This document shows, one piece after another, positions 1-11,525 of a DNA stretch of 64,000 nucleotides. The stretch's first letter is position 1. Every line of letters begins with the position of its first letter. The stretch covers positions 3,232,001 through 3,296,000 of the forward strand of contig CAWIIB010000009.1 in NCBI GenBank assembly GCA_963836075.1, read 5' to 3'. The position numbers and the translations under genes were made by a program. Source of the stretch: an uncultured Acidobacteriota bacterium. Its GTDB lineage: Bacteria > Acidobacteriota > JAQAZP01. Under the pieces are notes generated by a model. The model worked only from the letters and a program-made list of their open reading frames with translations. It was not told the DNA's origin and ran no database searches.

Positions 1-800
1 GCGGAAAGACGTCTACCTTCTTCGTCCATCTCTTCGCCGGCCAGCCGGCAGGCCGCACCGAGACCGACGATCCCCGGCACGTTTTCCGTGCCCGAGCGCA
101 GTCTTCGCTCCTGCCCTCCGCCATGGGTCAGGGGGACCAGGCGGTTCTTGCCCCGGAGGTAGAGTGCGCCCACACCCTTGGGCCCATACATCTTGTGGCC
201 GGAAAGCGAGAGCAGGTCGGCGTTGATCTCGTCGACGTTGATCGGGATCTTGCCCACCGCCTGGACCGCGTCGGTGTGGAAGAGGATGCCCTGCTCCCTG
301 GTGATTGCACCGATCTCGGCGACGGGCATGATGGTGCCCACTTCGCTGTTCGCCGCCTGGATGCTGACCAGGATGGTCTCGGGGCGGATCGCCGCCTTCA
401 CCGCTGCCGGATCAACCATGCCAAAATTGTCCACCGGCAGAACGGTCACCTCGAAATCAGACTTCTCCAGAAAGGAGCAGGGATCGAGAATGGCCTTGTG
501 CTCCACGACACTGGTGATGATGTGGTTGCCTTTTTTCCGCAACCGCTGCGCAATACCTTTCACCGCCAGATTGTCCGATTCTGTGGCGCCGCTGGTGAAG
601 ATGATTTCCCTGGGCTCGGCCCCGATCAACTGTGCCACTTCACCGCGCGCTTTTTCTACCGCTTTGCGGGCATACCGGCCCACCCGGTGGGTGGAGCTGG
701 ACGCATTGCCGAAGTGCTCGGTGAGAAAGGGCATCATCTCCTCGAGTACCCGCGGGTCAAGGGGTGTGGTGGCGTGGTGGTCCATGTAAACCATATCCAT
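1..800 (-). CDS. Cysteine desulfurase (IscS/NifS family), 5' part, runs off the window start
   Basis: Manual translation from ATG at 800 gives [35 protein letters not shown], later [12 protein letters not shown] and [10 protein letters not shown], which are class V PLP desulfurase motifs. Absent from the ORF track because there is no stop codon in the window. Confidence 0.92.
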   Translation of the reverse strand, partial: MDMVYMDHHATTPLDPRVLEEMMPFLTEHFGNASSSTHRVGRYARKAVEKARGEVAQLIGAEPREIIFTSGATESDNLAVKGIAQRLRKKGNHIITSVVEHKAILDPCSFLEKSDFEVTVLPVDNFGMVDPAAVKAAIRPETILVSIQAANSEVGTIMPVAEIGAITREQGILFHTDAVQAVGKIPINVDEINADLLSLSGHKMYGPKGVGALYLRGKNRLVPLTHGGGQERRLRSGTENVPGIVGLGAACRLAGEEMDEEGRRLS

Positions 801-1054
801 GATCAATTCCTCTGCATCCGCCGCAAACCTTCCGGACCCCCTGGTGCGGAAGATTGCCGGCAGAACAAAAGCCTGCCGGGGGCGATCCCGCCAGGCTCGA
901 TGCTCACCATGTATCATGCCGATAATCGACCAATATTATGGGAGATAGGACGGTTGGTGTCAAGTGGCGTTGCAATTGAGATCATTGATATTACACTATG
1001 CAGACCTGAGTCGGCTGCCCGACGGCGGCCTGGACATGTCAAGGAGACAAAACT

Positions 1055-2299
<1,245 letters not shown>

Positions 2300-2546
2300 T
2301 CAGCGCTCGTCGGTGACCGGAATTCCTGTCTGCCGGCCGGCCGGCCGGGCAGGGGCAGCCTTTTCTTGCCAAAGCGGATCTTATTCATATATATTTAGGG
2401 GTATATGGTGCGCCTCCAGGGGAGGCGTGTCCGTCCGGGACCGGAGGATCCTTCCACCGGTGGCCGGCTCCTGATCCCCTGAAGTGCGATCCGGGGGGCT
2501 TTGGGGAGCCCCTCAATCCTGTGCCCACAATCTGGAGGAACGACAC

Positions 2547-5500
2547 ATGAGGAGAGTTTTTGCACTCCTGCTGGTTGCCGTCGTGTTCTGCGCTCTTGCC
2601 GGAACCGCCACGGCCGGTGTTTTACACGACGGGCTGGCCAAGGATCTGGCCAACCGGCCTGACACTGAATTCTATAAAGTTATCGTGAGACTGGCCGACC
2701 GGGCCGACGTGGTCTCACTCAACGCCCAGCTGAAGCGCGAGGGGGCGACCCTGGCCCTGCGCCACCAGTACGTGGTGGAAGCGCTGCAGACCGTGGCCCA
2801 GGACAGCCAGCCGCGGTTGACCGACTATCTGCAAAAGCAGGTGCTCAGCGGCGAAGTGCGCGACTTCAGGACTTTCTGGATCGAAAACCTCGTCGGTGTG
2901 GAAGCCACGGTGGGCGAGATCAAGAAGATCGCCCAGCGCCCCGAGGTGGAACTGGTCTACATCGACTACATCATCGAGACCATCGCCCCGGTGGAGAACC
3001 CCAAGGTCGGTCCCACCGAACCACGCAAGGAAGGGCAGGCCGTCCGGGCCATCGAGCCGGGTATTGCCGCGATCAAGGCTCCCGAAGCCTGGGCCCTGGG
3101 TTACACCGGTCTGGGCCGGGTGATCGCCAACATGGACACCGGCGTGGACGGCAACCACGAAGCGCTGGCCTCCCGCTGGCGCGGTCTCACCGAGCCGGCC
3201 GCCGAGTGCTGGTTCGACCCGGTGACCTCCACCACCTTCCCCTTCGACTCCGGTTCCCACGGCACGCACACCATGGGCACCATCGCCGGCTACACCGCGG
3301 CTAACGAGATCGGCGTGGCCAAGGATGCCCAGTGGATCTCCGCCGGGGTCATCGACCGCGTGGACATCCCCACCACCATGACCGACGCCGTGGCGGCCTT
3401 CCAGTGGTTCGCCGACCCGGACGGCAACCCGGGCACCGTTGACGACGTGGCCGACGCGGTGGGCAACTCCTGGGGCATCAGCCCGATCTACCACGGGTCG
3501 TACATCACCGGCCCCTGCGACGTGACGTTCTGGACCGCCATCGACAACTGCGAGGCGGCCGGATGCGCGGTGATCTTCTCCGCCGGCAACGAGGGGCCCA
3601 CCGTGGCTTCCCTGCGCACACCCGGCGACCGGGCAGATTCTCCGTACAACGCGTTCTCCGTGGGATCGGTGGACGCCACCAACTACAGCTTCCCCTATCC
3701 CATCTCCAGTTTCTCCAGCCTCGGACCCGGCTGTAACGACGAGATCAAGCCCGAAGTGGTGGCCCCGGGGACCGACGTCCGCAGCTCGGTGCCGGGTAAC
3801 AGCTATTCCAGTTTCAGCGGCACGTCCATGGCTTCGCCCCACGTCACCGGATCGGTGGCCGTTCTGCGGCAGGTGGACCCCAACCTCGACGTGGACACGA
3901 TCAAGGACATCCTGCTCACCACCGCCGTGGACCTGGGCCCCGTGGGCGAGGAAAACACCTTCGGCATGGGGATCATCGACCTTGAGCAGGCGGTGATCTA
4001 CGCTTCCCAGGGCTTCGGCACGGTGCAGGGCAATGTGTCCGACTCCGGCTCATCGGCCCCGATCCCGGCCCGGGTGGAAGAACTGAGCAGCGGCCGTATC
4101 GTCTATGCCAACGAGGTCACCGGCGACTACAGCATGTCCGCCGCCGGCGACCAGAGCTATACCTTTGAAGCCACCTATTTCGGCTACCTGCCCCAGCAGC
4201 AGATGGCCTACGTGCCGGTGGACGGCACGGTGACCGTGGACTTCAGCCTCGACCCGGCCCCCGCCGGCATTCTCCAGGGGACGGTGACCGACCTGGAAGG
4301 CACGCCCATCGACGGCGCCGTGATCTCGGTGCTCGGCACACCGCTGGCCCCGGAGACCACCAACGCCTCCGGGTTCTACCAGTTCACCACCATTCCCGGC
4401 GGTTCGACCTACTCCATCCATGTGGCCGCCATCGGTTACGGCGAGGATATGGCCAGCGTTTTTGTCCCGGTGGGCGACACGGTGGTGCAGGACTTCTCGC
4501 TCACCCCGGCCGAAGCTTTCGAGATCAGCGACGGCAATTTCATCGGCAGCGGCGAGTGGGAGTGGGGCGAGGCCACGGCCGGCCCCTCCGCGGCGCACTC
4601 GGGGCTCAAGCTCTGGGGCACCGACCTCGATTCCACCTACGACAACAGTGCGGTCTACACCCTGGACAGCCGCGAATACTCGTTCAACGATCCGAGCGCG
4701 GCCCTCGGTTTCTACCACTGGCGCTCCATCGAGACCGGTTACGACGGCGGCAATGTGAAAATCTCCACCGACGGCGGCGGCAGCTGGACCCTGCTGCTCC
4801 CCGACGGCGGCTACCCCGATGACAGCATCACCGGTCTGGGTGAGCCCGGTTTCACCGGCAGCGGCGAGTGGGAGCTGGTGACCTTCGACTGCAGCGCCTA
4901 TCTCGGCCAGACGGCGATCTTCCGCTGGACCTTCGGCACCGACAGTTCGGTGGCCTACGACGGCTGGTATATCGACGATGTCATCGTCTGGGGCGCGTCC
5001 AGCGAACTGCTGCTTCCCGACATGGTGCTGTCGGCCAGTGAGATCCACCTCTACGCCGACCCCGGCGGTACGGCCAGCGAGACGCTGACCTTCACCAACA
5101 ACGGTGACGGCTACCTCAACTTCTCCATCGCCGCCTTGGTGGATTCCGGCGCGGCCAGCGGTTCCGGAGGCCCGGATACCTACGGCTACAGCTGGCGGGA
5201 CAGCGACGAGGCGGGCGGCCCGGCCTACGGCTGGATCGACATCACCGGCATCGGCACCCAGATCCTCGGTCTGGGCGACGACACCAATGTCGGGCCTTAC
5301 GACATCGGGTTTACCTTCAACTACTACGGTGCGGCATACACCCAGTTCAATTTCTGCACCAACGGCTGGATCAGCTTCACCTCGACGCTGAGTTCCTACA
5401 GCAACACCGGCATTCCCAGCACCAGCGCGCCGCTGAACATGCTCGCCCTGTTCTGGGATGACCTCAACTTCAACGACGGGGGTACGGCGTACTACTACAG

Positions 5501-6290
5501 CGACGGCAGCCAGCTGATCGTCTCCTGGATCGACGTGGCGCACTACAGCTCCGGCGGTCCCTACACCTGCCAGGTGATCCTGAACAGCGACGGCAGCATG
5601 GTCTTCCAGTACGACACCATGGCCGCTCCGCTGGACAGCGCGACGATCGGTATCCAGAACGGCGACGGCACCGATGGCCTGCAGGTGGCTTACAACCAGG
5701 CGTACATGCACGACAGCCTGGCCATCGAGTTCGGCACCGGATGGCTGAGCACCGACCCAACCGGCGGGCAGGTGCCCGCGCTCGGTTCCTTGCCGGTGAG
5801 CGTCATCGGTGATGCGGCAGACCTGGACGCCGGCGACTACACCGGTTCGTTGACCATCAACAGCAACGACCCGGTGACACCGACGGTGGTCATTCCGGTG
5901 ACTCTCCACGTCGGTGCCACGGTGGGCACGGTGGGTGCGAGCCTCGACTGCCTGCCCTCCTCGGGCGTGTTGCCCTTCGTCGCACAGTTCACTGCGGGGA
6001 TGACCAACCTGACCAGCGAAAACCGGCGTGCCGCGGGAAACATCGAGGTGGTTATCGCCAGTGGCAGGGCGTACAAGAACTGGCGTGCCGGTTGGACCAA
6101 CCTCTCGCCGAGTGAGGATTTTGTCCTCAGCTGGAACCAGACGTTCCCGGCGCTGAGCACCCTGGTGGGTGACAACGTCTTCAGCATGCTGGTGGCCGAC
6201 GTCACGCCGGCTCCGTATAACCAGCCGCCCTATGCGCCGGACGGCGACACGGCCACGGCGGGTTGCACGGTGTCGGGTCTGGCGCCGTAA
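2547..6290 (+). CDS. Large secreted S8 (subtilisin-family, bacillopeptidase F-like) serine peptidase with propeptide, accessory beta domains and the shared ~120-aa C-terminal domain
   Basis: Signal peptide MRRVFALLLVAVVFCALAGTATA. Catalytic triad in ANMDTGVD / HGTHTMGTIAG / GTSMASPHVTG, oxyanion motif FSAGNEG. GGAGG upstream of ATG 2547. Confidence 0.93.
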   Translation: MRRVFALLLVAVVFCALAGTATAGVLHDGLAKDLANRPDTEFYKVIVRLADRADVVSLNAQLKREGATLALRHQYVVEALQTVAQDSQPRLTDYLQKQVLSGEVRDFRTFWIENLVGVEATVGEIKKIAQRPEVELVYIDYIIETIAPVENPKVGPTEPRKEGQAVRAIEPGIAAIKAPEAWALGYTGLGRVIANMDTGVDGNHEALASRWRGLTEPAAECWFDPVTSTTFPFDSGSHGTHTMGTIAGYTAANEIGVAKDAQWISAGVIDRVDIPTTMTDAVAAFQWFADPDGNPGTVDDVADAVGNSWGISPIYHGSYITGPCDVTFWTAIDNCEAAGCAVIFSAGNEGPTVASLRTPGDRADSPYNAFSVGSVDATNYSFPYPISSFSSLGPGCNDEIKPEVVAPGTDVRSSVPGNSYSSFSGTSMASPHVTGSVAVLRQVDPNLDVDTIKDILLTTAVDLGPVGEENTFGMGIIDLEQAVIYASQGFGTVQGNVSDSGSSAPIPARVEELSSGRIVYANEVTGDYSMSAAGDQSYTFEATYFGYLPQQQMAYVPVDGTVTVDFSLDPAPAGILQGTVTDLEGTPIDGAVISVLGTPLAPETTNASGFYQFTTIPGGSTYSIHVAAIGYGEDMASVFVPVGDTVVQDFSLTPAEAFEISDGNFIGSGEWEWGEATAGPSAAHSGLKLWGTDLDSTYDNSAVYTLDSREYSFNDPSAALGFYHWRSIETGYDGGNVKISTDGGGSWTLLLPDGGYPDDSITGLGEPGFTGSGEWELVTFDCSAYLGQTAIFRWTFGTDSSVAYDGWYIDDVIVWGASSELLLPDMVLSASEIHLYADPGGTASETLTFTNNGDGYLNFSIAALVDSGAASGSGGPDTYGYSWRDSDEAGGPAYGWIDITGIGTQILGLGDDTNVGPYDIGFTFNYYGAAYTQFNFCTNGWISFTSTLSSYSNTGIPSTSAPLNMLALFWDDLNFNDGGTAYYYSDGSQLIVSWIDVAHYSSGGPYTCQVILNSDGSMVFQYDTMAAPLDSATIGIQNGDGTDGLQVAYNQAYMHDSLAIEFGTGWLSTDPTGGQVPALGSLPVSVIGDAADLDAGDYTGSLTINSNDPVTPTVVIPVTLHVGATVGTVGASLDCLPSSGVLPFVAQFTAGMTNLTSENRRAAGNIEVVIASGRAYKNWRAGWTNLSPSEDFVLSWNQTFPALSTLVGDNVFSMLVADVTPAPYNQPPYAPDGDTATAGCTVSGLAP

Positions 6291-6309
6291 GCCATTCAAC
6301 CATAAACAG

Positions 6310-6343
6310 ATAGGGCGAGGCCACGGGGCCTCGCCCTATTTTT
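6310..6343 (+). terminator. Rho-independent terminator after the S8 peptidase
   Basis: ATAGGGCGAGGCC-ACGG-GGCCTCGCCCTAT perfect 13-bp stem followed by a T run. Confidence 0.85.
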
Positions 6344-6498
6344 GTCCACCGGGTACAAAATAAACCCCCTAGTGGGGTAGGGGGCAGTTTCGCGGGTGTA
6401 TTTAAAACGTTGGGTCGGATCCGACCTCGCTGTTTGCTTACTTTATGTTACGGACTCTCTAGACGTCCTGGTATCCGTCGGCCTGAACTTTCGGTTGC

Positions 6499-6816
6499 TT
6501 ACTTCTTCTTGGTAGCTTTCTTCTTGGTGGCCTTCTTCTTGGTGGCCTTCTTCTTGGTGGCCTTCTTCTTGGTGGCCTTCTTCTTGGTGGCCTTCTTCTT
6601 GGTGGCCTTCTTCTTGGTGGCCTTCTTCTTGGTGGCCTTCTTCTTGGTGGCTTTCTTCTTGGTGGCCTTCTTCTTGGTGGCCTTCTTCTTGGTGGCCTTC
6701 TTCTTGGTGGCCTTCTTCTTGGTAGCCTTCTTCTTGGTGGCCTTCTTCACAACCTTCTTTTTGGTGGCCTTCTTCTTGGTAGCCTTCTTCTTGGTGGCCT
6801 TCTTCTTTGTGGCCAT
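6499..6816 (-). CDS. Histone H1-like, lysine/alanine-rich basic repeat protein
   Basis: 105 aa made of 20 ATKKK units plus one VVKK. Strong SD (AAGGAGG) before the ATG, and TTGACA at 6886-6891 on the minus strand. Confidence 0.8.
   Translation of the reverse strand: MATKKKATKKKATKKKATKKKVVKKATKKKATKKKATKKKATKKKATKKKATKKKATKKKATKKKATKKKATKKKATKKKATKKKATKKKATKKKATKKKATKKK
6502..6813. repeat. 15-bp coding tandem repeat (CTTCTTCTTGGTGGC)n
   Basis: About 20 near-identical units. Variation falls at synonymous positions of the minus-strand frame, apart from the VVKK interruption. Confidence 0.97.
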
Positions 6817-6891
6817 GCTTACCCTCCTTGGATGTTAAAGAGCCCGCGAACTATTCCTGTTTCAATTACACTAATTAAAAATCATTGTCAA

Positions 6892-7583
6892 CCGCAAAAC
6901 CAAGTGCTGGCCTGCGTTTCAGCGGAATGCAAAAGCGTCACCATCAAAGGCGCCGGAAACACGAACGCTTGAAACCCGCGCCAGTAAAAGGTTTCAGGCG
7001 AGCGTTGTGTGCGGCGTGCTGCGCTTGCCTGACGTCGGCGGAAAAAATAAATTAAACGGGGTGTCTAATATTTGCAACGACGAAGGTCGTTCCACTCATC
7101 GAACGACGTATGCAAATCGCTGCGCTCACCGTTCATCGACGGCTCCGTGCGCTTCGTGCGAAGATGATGCCCGGTGCAGGTCGAAGTGGTGTGCCGCACG
7201 CTATCCCGTCGGTGCGTGATGTGAGTGATCGCTGCAAACCCTCGTCAGTAGCAGGATTGCGGCGGGAGGTGCGGTTCTCGGCCAGGCGTCTTTGCCGGTC
7301 GGCAAGAACGGCTTTGTGTCGCTGGCGGTCTTGAACCGTGCGAAGTCGTGAAATGAAACTGCCTGCACAGCGTCACACCGTGCAAGCAAAACAGATCCCG
7401 GAAAAAGTGCAAACAAAAAATGGGTAGGCTTGTGCGCGGGTTGTGCCGCGCTACCATCGCAGCGTTGTCACTGCGGGACTGGCCGCTGCAATCTGATGGT
7501 GAAGTTGAACTGGTGGAGCGGGCCATAGAGGAGAGAAGCGCTGTTGCAGGTGCCGCAAACCCACGTCAGACGAGGGGTTGCGG
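6892..7583. promoter_or_regulatory. Four copies of a spaced imperfect palindrome, roughly AAACC-N13(with GYCAG)-GGnTT
   Basis: Copies at 6892-6925 (reverse orientation), 6966-7000, 7230-7264 and 7553-7583. All have the same 13-nt spacer with GCCAG/GTCAG at the same offset. Confidence 0.6.
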
Positions 7584-7618
7584 GCAGTGGGCTTATGCCC
7601 TGTCGTTGCGCACGCCTG

Positions 7619-8422
7619 CTATTTGACCGCGGAGATGTAGCTGATCCAGCAGATGTCGGCGGTGCCCCGTTTCGTTTTGCGGTAGACGTCGTTGCCCTCG
7701 CCGTCCTCGTCGGTGCCTTCCCAATAGACATCGACTTTCCTGAACCCGGCATCGACCAGCGACTCCCGCAGTTCGGGGATGGTCCACAATCGCCAGTCGT
7801 AAGTGTACGCTTTCCGCAGTTCGCTGCCGTCGCGAAAACGGAAGTGGATGTGGCAGAGGATCTCGGCGTTGATCGGGTTGTAGCGCTCCTGGTCCCAGAC
7901 GTAGGTGAACCCGTCCTCCTTGCGTTCTTCCTCCAGTTCCTGGATCGCTTCCGGTCCGCCGTAAAGATCGAGGATGAAACAGCCCTCGTCCTTGAGGCCG
8001 CGGTGGACCATGCGAAAGTAGTCGGTGAGCAGGCGGCGGTCCTTGAACACGCAGTAGGAGAAGTTGAATGCCGCGGCGACGTCCACACACGGCGGCCTGA
8101 CCTTCAGCACGTCACCTTCGATCAGTCTCACCCGGCCGGGGTCCGGGAGTGCCGCGAGATTGTTCCGCCGGCCCCAGTCCAGCGTCCGGCGGTCCATGTC
8201 GATTCCCACGGCCGTGTTGCGGTGGCTGAGGCCTGCCCAGCGGCAGGAGAGCAGGGCCGTGCCGCAGAAATCCTCGCGCAATGAAGAGGGCAGGCGCCCG
8301 AAGTTGGAGCGATAGACGCGGCGGAGAAACTCGACGCCGCTGTCAACATCCTGGACCGACTCCTGGTAAAGGATGAACGGGTCGGCGGTTCTGGCGGTCA
8401 GGGTTTTCCTTTTCTTCGTCAT
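7619..8422 (-). CDS. Class I SAM-dependent methyltransferase
   Basis: LREDFCGTA motif I variant, AVGIDMD, LIEGDV, FNFSY, GCFILDLYGG. Confidence 0.85.
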   Translation of the reverse strand: MTKKRKTLTARTADPFILYQESVQDVDSGVEFLRRVYRSNFGRLPSSLREDFCGTALLSCRWAGLSHRNTAVGIDMDRRTLDWGRRNNLAALPDPGRVRLIEGDVLKVRPPCVDVAAAFNFSYCVFKDRRLLTDYFRMVHRGLKDEGCFILDLYGGPEAIQELEEERKEDGFTYVWDQERYNPINAEILCHIHFRFRDGSELRKAYTYDWRLWTIPELRESLVDAGFRKVDVYWEGTDEDGEGNDVYRKTKRGTADICWISYISAVK

Positions 8423-8471
8423 GCGGCTGGTGGTCCTCGTGGTTTCGTCGGTCGATTGTCAGATGCTGCTG

Positions 8472-10303
8472 TCAGCGTAGCACCGTTTCGGTGGCCACGG
8501 CGGGGCGGGCAAGCGCCCGGGTGATCGGGTAGTCTCCCACCCCGGGGGTGGGGTAGGGTGAATGTTCCCAGAAGAAGTTCAGCCGGGCACCGAGGTCCTC
8601 GAGGAATTCCGGGTCCTCCGCGGCCCGCCGGCGAAAGGCTTCGGCCACTTCAGGGTCGTCCATCATCTCCCGCGCCCGGTTGGCCAGCACCCAGCTCTCC
8701 CGAACCTTGCCATCGGTGGTGATGCCGTTCATCCGGTTCCAGGCCAGCAGGCCGTCACTGCTCTGTGGTTCGAGGAGCAGAGCGATGATCTCGCTGCACG
8801 GCTGGGCCAGCGGAATGATGTAGGTGCCGGCGGAATATTCAACCTGCGCGCGGCGCACCGGGCTCAACGACGGGGTGGCCCGCAGGTGTCCCTGGTACGG
8901 GTGTCGGGTTAAAGGTCAGCTCGTCGATGTGGTAGATCTCCACCTGCGCTTCGAACGGCTCCAGCGCTCGCATCACCTGCGCGCCGTGCAGCAGCAGGTG
9001 GTCCACCACCTGCCGGCGATACTCTGCGGGAACGATGTACGCCGCGGGGCGAATGACCGAGCTGGTGACCTCCATCCGGTCGCTGAGCGGCACGGTGTAG
9101 TCCCGGGGCGTGCCGCTGTAGCTGATGCACTGCAGGCCGGTGCGCGGGTCGGTTTCCACTTCCAGTTCATAGGTCTCGAGGGTGATCTCCTTCTGCGACG
9201 GCCGCGATTCCATGGCCAGGGCCACCAGGTCGGCGGGATCCATGGTGGCGCCGCGCCGGGTAAGTTGCGCTTCGGCCTGTTCCACCGCCTGCACCACCTC
9301 CGATCCGCGGTCCGCCACGTCCTGCAGCACGTTGCGCAGGTAGTGGTAGGCGGCGTTGACCCGGGTACGGAAGTCCTTGTGGGCGTGGGCCTCGGCCAGC
9401 AGCGCCAGCCGGCCGCGAGTGGCGACATACGATGTGCAGAGGCGGGGGAAGGGCGGCCAGATGGTGTAGCCTTTTTCCGGGTTCAGCTTGTCCACCGAAC
9501 CGTAGACCTGGATCGGGTAGCCGGCGTCGCGCATCAACGGTGTGATCCGCTGGATGATCCCGGCCACACTCTGTTCCAGCGAGGCGGGCATCAGCGGGTG
9601 GCGGTCATAGAGATAGGTCAGCGCGTAGCGGTGGTCCCACCCGTCGGTGGTGTGCATGTCGATGGTCAGGTGGGGCAACCAGCGGTTGAAGAGGTTGCCC
9701 ACCCAGGCCTGGGCTTCCGGCGTGTCGAGTTTCATGAAGTCCCGGTTGAGGTCGAAGCCCAGCGCGGTGGCCCGGTGGCCCATGCCGCCCGCGGGGCCGT
9801 TCTGGTTCAGCCGGTTCCAGACGCTGGTCCGTTCGATGACCGTCAGCGTTGAAAATCGGAACGACCAGCAGGGTGATCCGGTCCAGCAGCCCTTCGAGAC
9901 CGCCCTGCGCCAGGTCGCGCATCAGCATCAGCGACGCTTCCTTGCCGCAGATCTCGCCGGAGTGAATGGCGTTGGAGACCAGCACCACCGGCTTGTTTCC
10001 GCTGTGGGCCAGTGCGGGCGTGAACCGTCCGTCGCTGCTCAGGATCACGACGTAGAGCGCGCGGCCCTGGGCGGTCTCGCCGAACTGCTCCATTCTGATC
10101 AGCGGTGAGCGGCGCTGCAGCTGACGAATGAACTCGAAGGTCTGTTCATACGAGCCGGTTTCACGGAACATGGTTTCTTCGGCGTGCGTCCGGAGCGGCG
10201 GCTCGTCAGCGGTCAATGCCCCGGCAACGGTCAGCAGGAGAACCAGGACCAGAGCATGAGGCCGGGCACGGCCCATTACCGTTGTCGCCGATGGCTGGTG
10301 CAT
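8472..10303 (-). CDS. Secreted M14 zinc carboxypeptidase-family protein, split into three ORFs by apparent indels
   Basis: Signal peptide, IHSGEICG (HxxE), PIFNADG, DLNRDF, IDMHTTDG. Fragments 9605-10303, 8839-9783 and 8472-8867 are collinear. Confidence 0.85.
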
Positions 10304-10328
10304 GTGGGTATCCTTACTGGTTATGGCG

Positions 10329-11525
10329 TTACATCATGGCGGAAGTGATAATGCCAACAAGTTCCTCTTCCGTCAACGGCACCGGGTTGGCTTTCATGCT
10401 GCTGGCCTGGCGGGCCGCGGCGGCCAGCGGGACCAGGTCGCCGGTCCCCAGGCCGAACGTCGGTGAGCCGCGGGATCTCCATCCGGCTGCAGACATCTCT
10501 GATCCAGGCGGCGGTCGCCAGCCACCGTCTCCTGTACGGTCGCCCGGCGTGCGGCCCAGCAGGCAGGAGCAGGCATCGGCCCAGACGCTCGACGGACGGG
10601 CTCGCCGGGTCGCGTTCTGCCAGGGCGCGGAGATTGGTCTCCAGGGTCGGCGGCAGCAGCCGGGCGCAGGCCACTCCGTGGGGCACCGGGATCCGGCCGC
10701 CCAGAGGCCCGGCGATGCCGTGGGCCGCGCCCAGGCCGGCGTGGGCCAGGGTGATCCCGCTGAGCAGTGCGGCCCGGGCCATCTCTTCCCGTGCCTCGAG
10801 GTCGTCCCCGGCGGAACAGGCGCGGTCGCAGCCAATGGCCCACCAGTTCGATGCCCTCCAGGGCCAGGGCAATGGTCAGCCGGCCGGCCCGCCGCGAGAT
10901 GCAGGACTCCATCAGCTGGGTCAACGCGTCGAGGCCGGTGCTGGCGGTGACGCAGGGGGAGAGGCCCACGGCCAGCCGGGGGTCCACCAGCACCGCCCGG
11001 GGCAGCAGGTGGACGCTGCGCATGCTGGCCTTGATCTTTCGCTCGGGGCAGGCCAGCACCGCGTTGCGGGTCACCTCCGAGCCGGTGCCGGCTGTGGTGG
11101 GCAGTGCGATCATCGGCACGGCCGGGCGGGCCAGCGGCTCTCCGTCGCCCACCAGTTCCATGTAGCGACGGGCCGCGCCTCCGTTGCCCAGCAATCCGGC
11201 CACCGCCTTGGCCGCGTCGAGAACGCTGCCCCCGCCGGCGCCAACCACAAGGTCACAGCCGGCGGCCCGGGCCTCCGTGGTCAGCCGGTCCACGGTGTCG
11301 ATATCCGGTTCGCCGTCCAGCCGCCGGACCTCGACCTCCACGCCGCTGGCGGCCAGGCTGACCTCCAGCCGCCCCAGCGCGCCGTTGTCGGCCAGTGCCC
11401 GCCGGCCGCTGAGCAGCAGGGCCCTGTTGCCGAAGCCGGCAGCGAGTTTCACCCAGCCGGTCCGCCGATCCGGAACCGATGATGATCAGTCCCGGAATGG
11501 TAAACTCGAACGGAGGGCGGATCAT
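10329..11525 (-). CDS. Iron-containing alcohol dehydrogenase, frameshifted in this assembly
   Basis: GGGSVLDAAKA, PTTAGTGSEVT, GLDALTQLMES, GLGAAHGIAGPLGG, PHGVACA spread over consecutive frames. Start overlaps the upstream stop (TGATG). Confidence 0.88.

Noticed and set aside
4050-6299. 749-aa minus-strand ORF and similar long antisense ORFs (e.g. 57434-59326, 59654-62506)
   Set aside because: These are high-GC codon-bias shadows of recognisable genes on the opposite strand.
6499-6816. Possible CRISPR array
   Set aside because: The 15-bp units are head-to-tail with no unique spacers, and there are no cas genes.
6410-6838. (FFLVA)n hydrophobic ORF
   Set aside because: It is the antisense reading of the ATKKK repeat. 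The RBS and ATG support the minus-strand gene.
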